Assembly: GCF_003334765.1 (NCBI RefSeq) | Contig: NZ_QOWT01000129.1 | DNA length: 360 nt | Reading direction: 5' to 3' (one strand) | From: Escherichia coli | GTDB lineage: Bacteria; Pseudomonadota; Gammaproteobacteria; Enterobacterales; Enterobacteriaceae | Shown: positions 1 to 360 of the stretch, one piece after another | Numbering within the stretch: the stretch's first letter is position 1 | Layout of the letters: every line of letters begins with the position of its first letter | The notes under the pieces: generated by a model | The model's database searches: none | What the model saw: only the letters and a program-made list of their open reading frames with translations | Told to the model about the DNA's origin: nothing | Made by a program: the position numbers and the translations under genes

Positions 1-360
1 GAACTGCTGGGCACCATGCAGGGTGGTTACAACATTCATCCGCTGATCGACGCGCTGGATGATGCCAAACTGGCACCGATCGCTGCCAAAGCACTTTCTC
101 ACACGCTGCTGATGTTCGATAACTTCTATGACGTAGAAGAGAAAGCCAAAGCAGGCAACGAATATGCGAAGCAGGTAATGCAGTCCTGGGCGGATGCCGA
201 ATGGTTCCTGAATCGCCCGGCGCTGGCTGAAAAACTGACCGTTACCGTCTTCAAAGTCACTGGCGAAACCAACACCGATGACCTCTCTCCGGCACCGGAT
301 GCGTGGTCACGCCCGGATATCCCACTGCACGCGCTGGCGATGCTGAAAAACGCCCGTGAA
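1..360 (+). CDS. acnB: Internal fragment (partial at both ends) of aconitate hydratase B / 2-methylisocitrate dehydratase (AcnB), covering the end of the N-terminal HEAT-like domain and the start of the following swivel domain, roughly residues 88-207 of the ~865 aa protein (numbering from memory, approximate)
   Basis: Seen in sequence: frame 1 is open for all 120 codons, while the other two forward frames contain stops (e.g. TGA at 44-46, TAG at 134-136, TAA at 176-178 in frame 2; TGA at 228-230 in frame 3). Codon usage is strongly biased to E. coli preferred codons (CTG Leu, CCG Pro, GCG Ala, AAA Lys, GAA Glu). Established knowledge: the translation, including motifs such as GTMQGGYNIHPLIDALDD, HTLLMFDNFYDVEEKAKAGNEYAKQVMQSWADAEWFLNRPALAEKLTVTVFKVTGETNTDDLSPAPDAWSRPDIPLHALAMLKNARE, matches my recollection of E. 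coli AcnB. No database search was possible; identity rests on recall. Confidence 0.9.

Noticed and set aside
16-18. Internal in-frame ATG codons (16-18, 112-114, 178-180, 340-342) that could be read as alternative starts.
   Set aside because: Each is an internal Met of the continuous AcnB frame (TMQ, LMF, VMQ, AML). None has a convincing purine-rich Shine-Dalgarno at the right spacing upstream, and the open frame continues upstream of all of them.
1-306. Long antisense open frame on the - strand, in codon phase with the forward gene: about 102 codons with no stop between 1 and 306. The only stop in this phase is TGA, the complement of TCA at 307-309.
   Set aside because: This is the usual shadow ORF seen opposite a GC-rich, strongly codon-biased gene. 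Its start and end cannot be defined in the window, and the sense frame gives a recognisable, conserved protein. There is no evidence it is a real overlapping gene.
51-339. Recurring short motif GCGCTGG at 52-58, 220-226 and 331-337.
   Set aside because: In every copy it is the in-frame codon pair GCG-CTG (Ala-Leu), both highly preferred E. coli codons. It reflects codon bias and amino-acid composition, not a repeat element, and none of the copies is a Chi site (GCTGGTGG).
1-360. Possibility of a promoter, terminator, small RNA or mobile-element boundary within the window.
   Set aside because: The coding frame is uninterrupted across the entire window with uniform composition. No intergenic region, inverted-repeat hairpin followed by a T-tract, or terminal inverted repeat is visible.

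Overview
The whole window is an internal fragment of one + strand protein-coding gene, read in frame 1 (codons at 1-3, 4-6, ...), with no stop codon across all 120 codons. The translation (ELLGTMQGGYNIHPLIDALDDAKLAPIAAKALSHTLLMFDNFYDVEEKAKAGNEYAKQVMQSWADAEWFLNRPALAEKLTVTVFKVTGETNTDDLSPAPDAWSRPDIPLHALAMLKNARE) is one I recognise as the N-terminal region of bifunctional aconitate hydratase 2 / 2-methylisocitrate dehydratase (AcnB) of Escherichia coli and close enterobacteria. Both gene ends lie outside the window, so there is no start, stop, ribosome-binding site, promoter or terminator to report. I found no RNA gene, mobile element, CRISPR repeat or other non-coding structure. This is an ordinary core-metabolism (TCA cycle) housekeeping locus; I see no evidence of a novel or undescribed system here and do not want to invent one.
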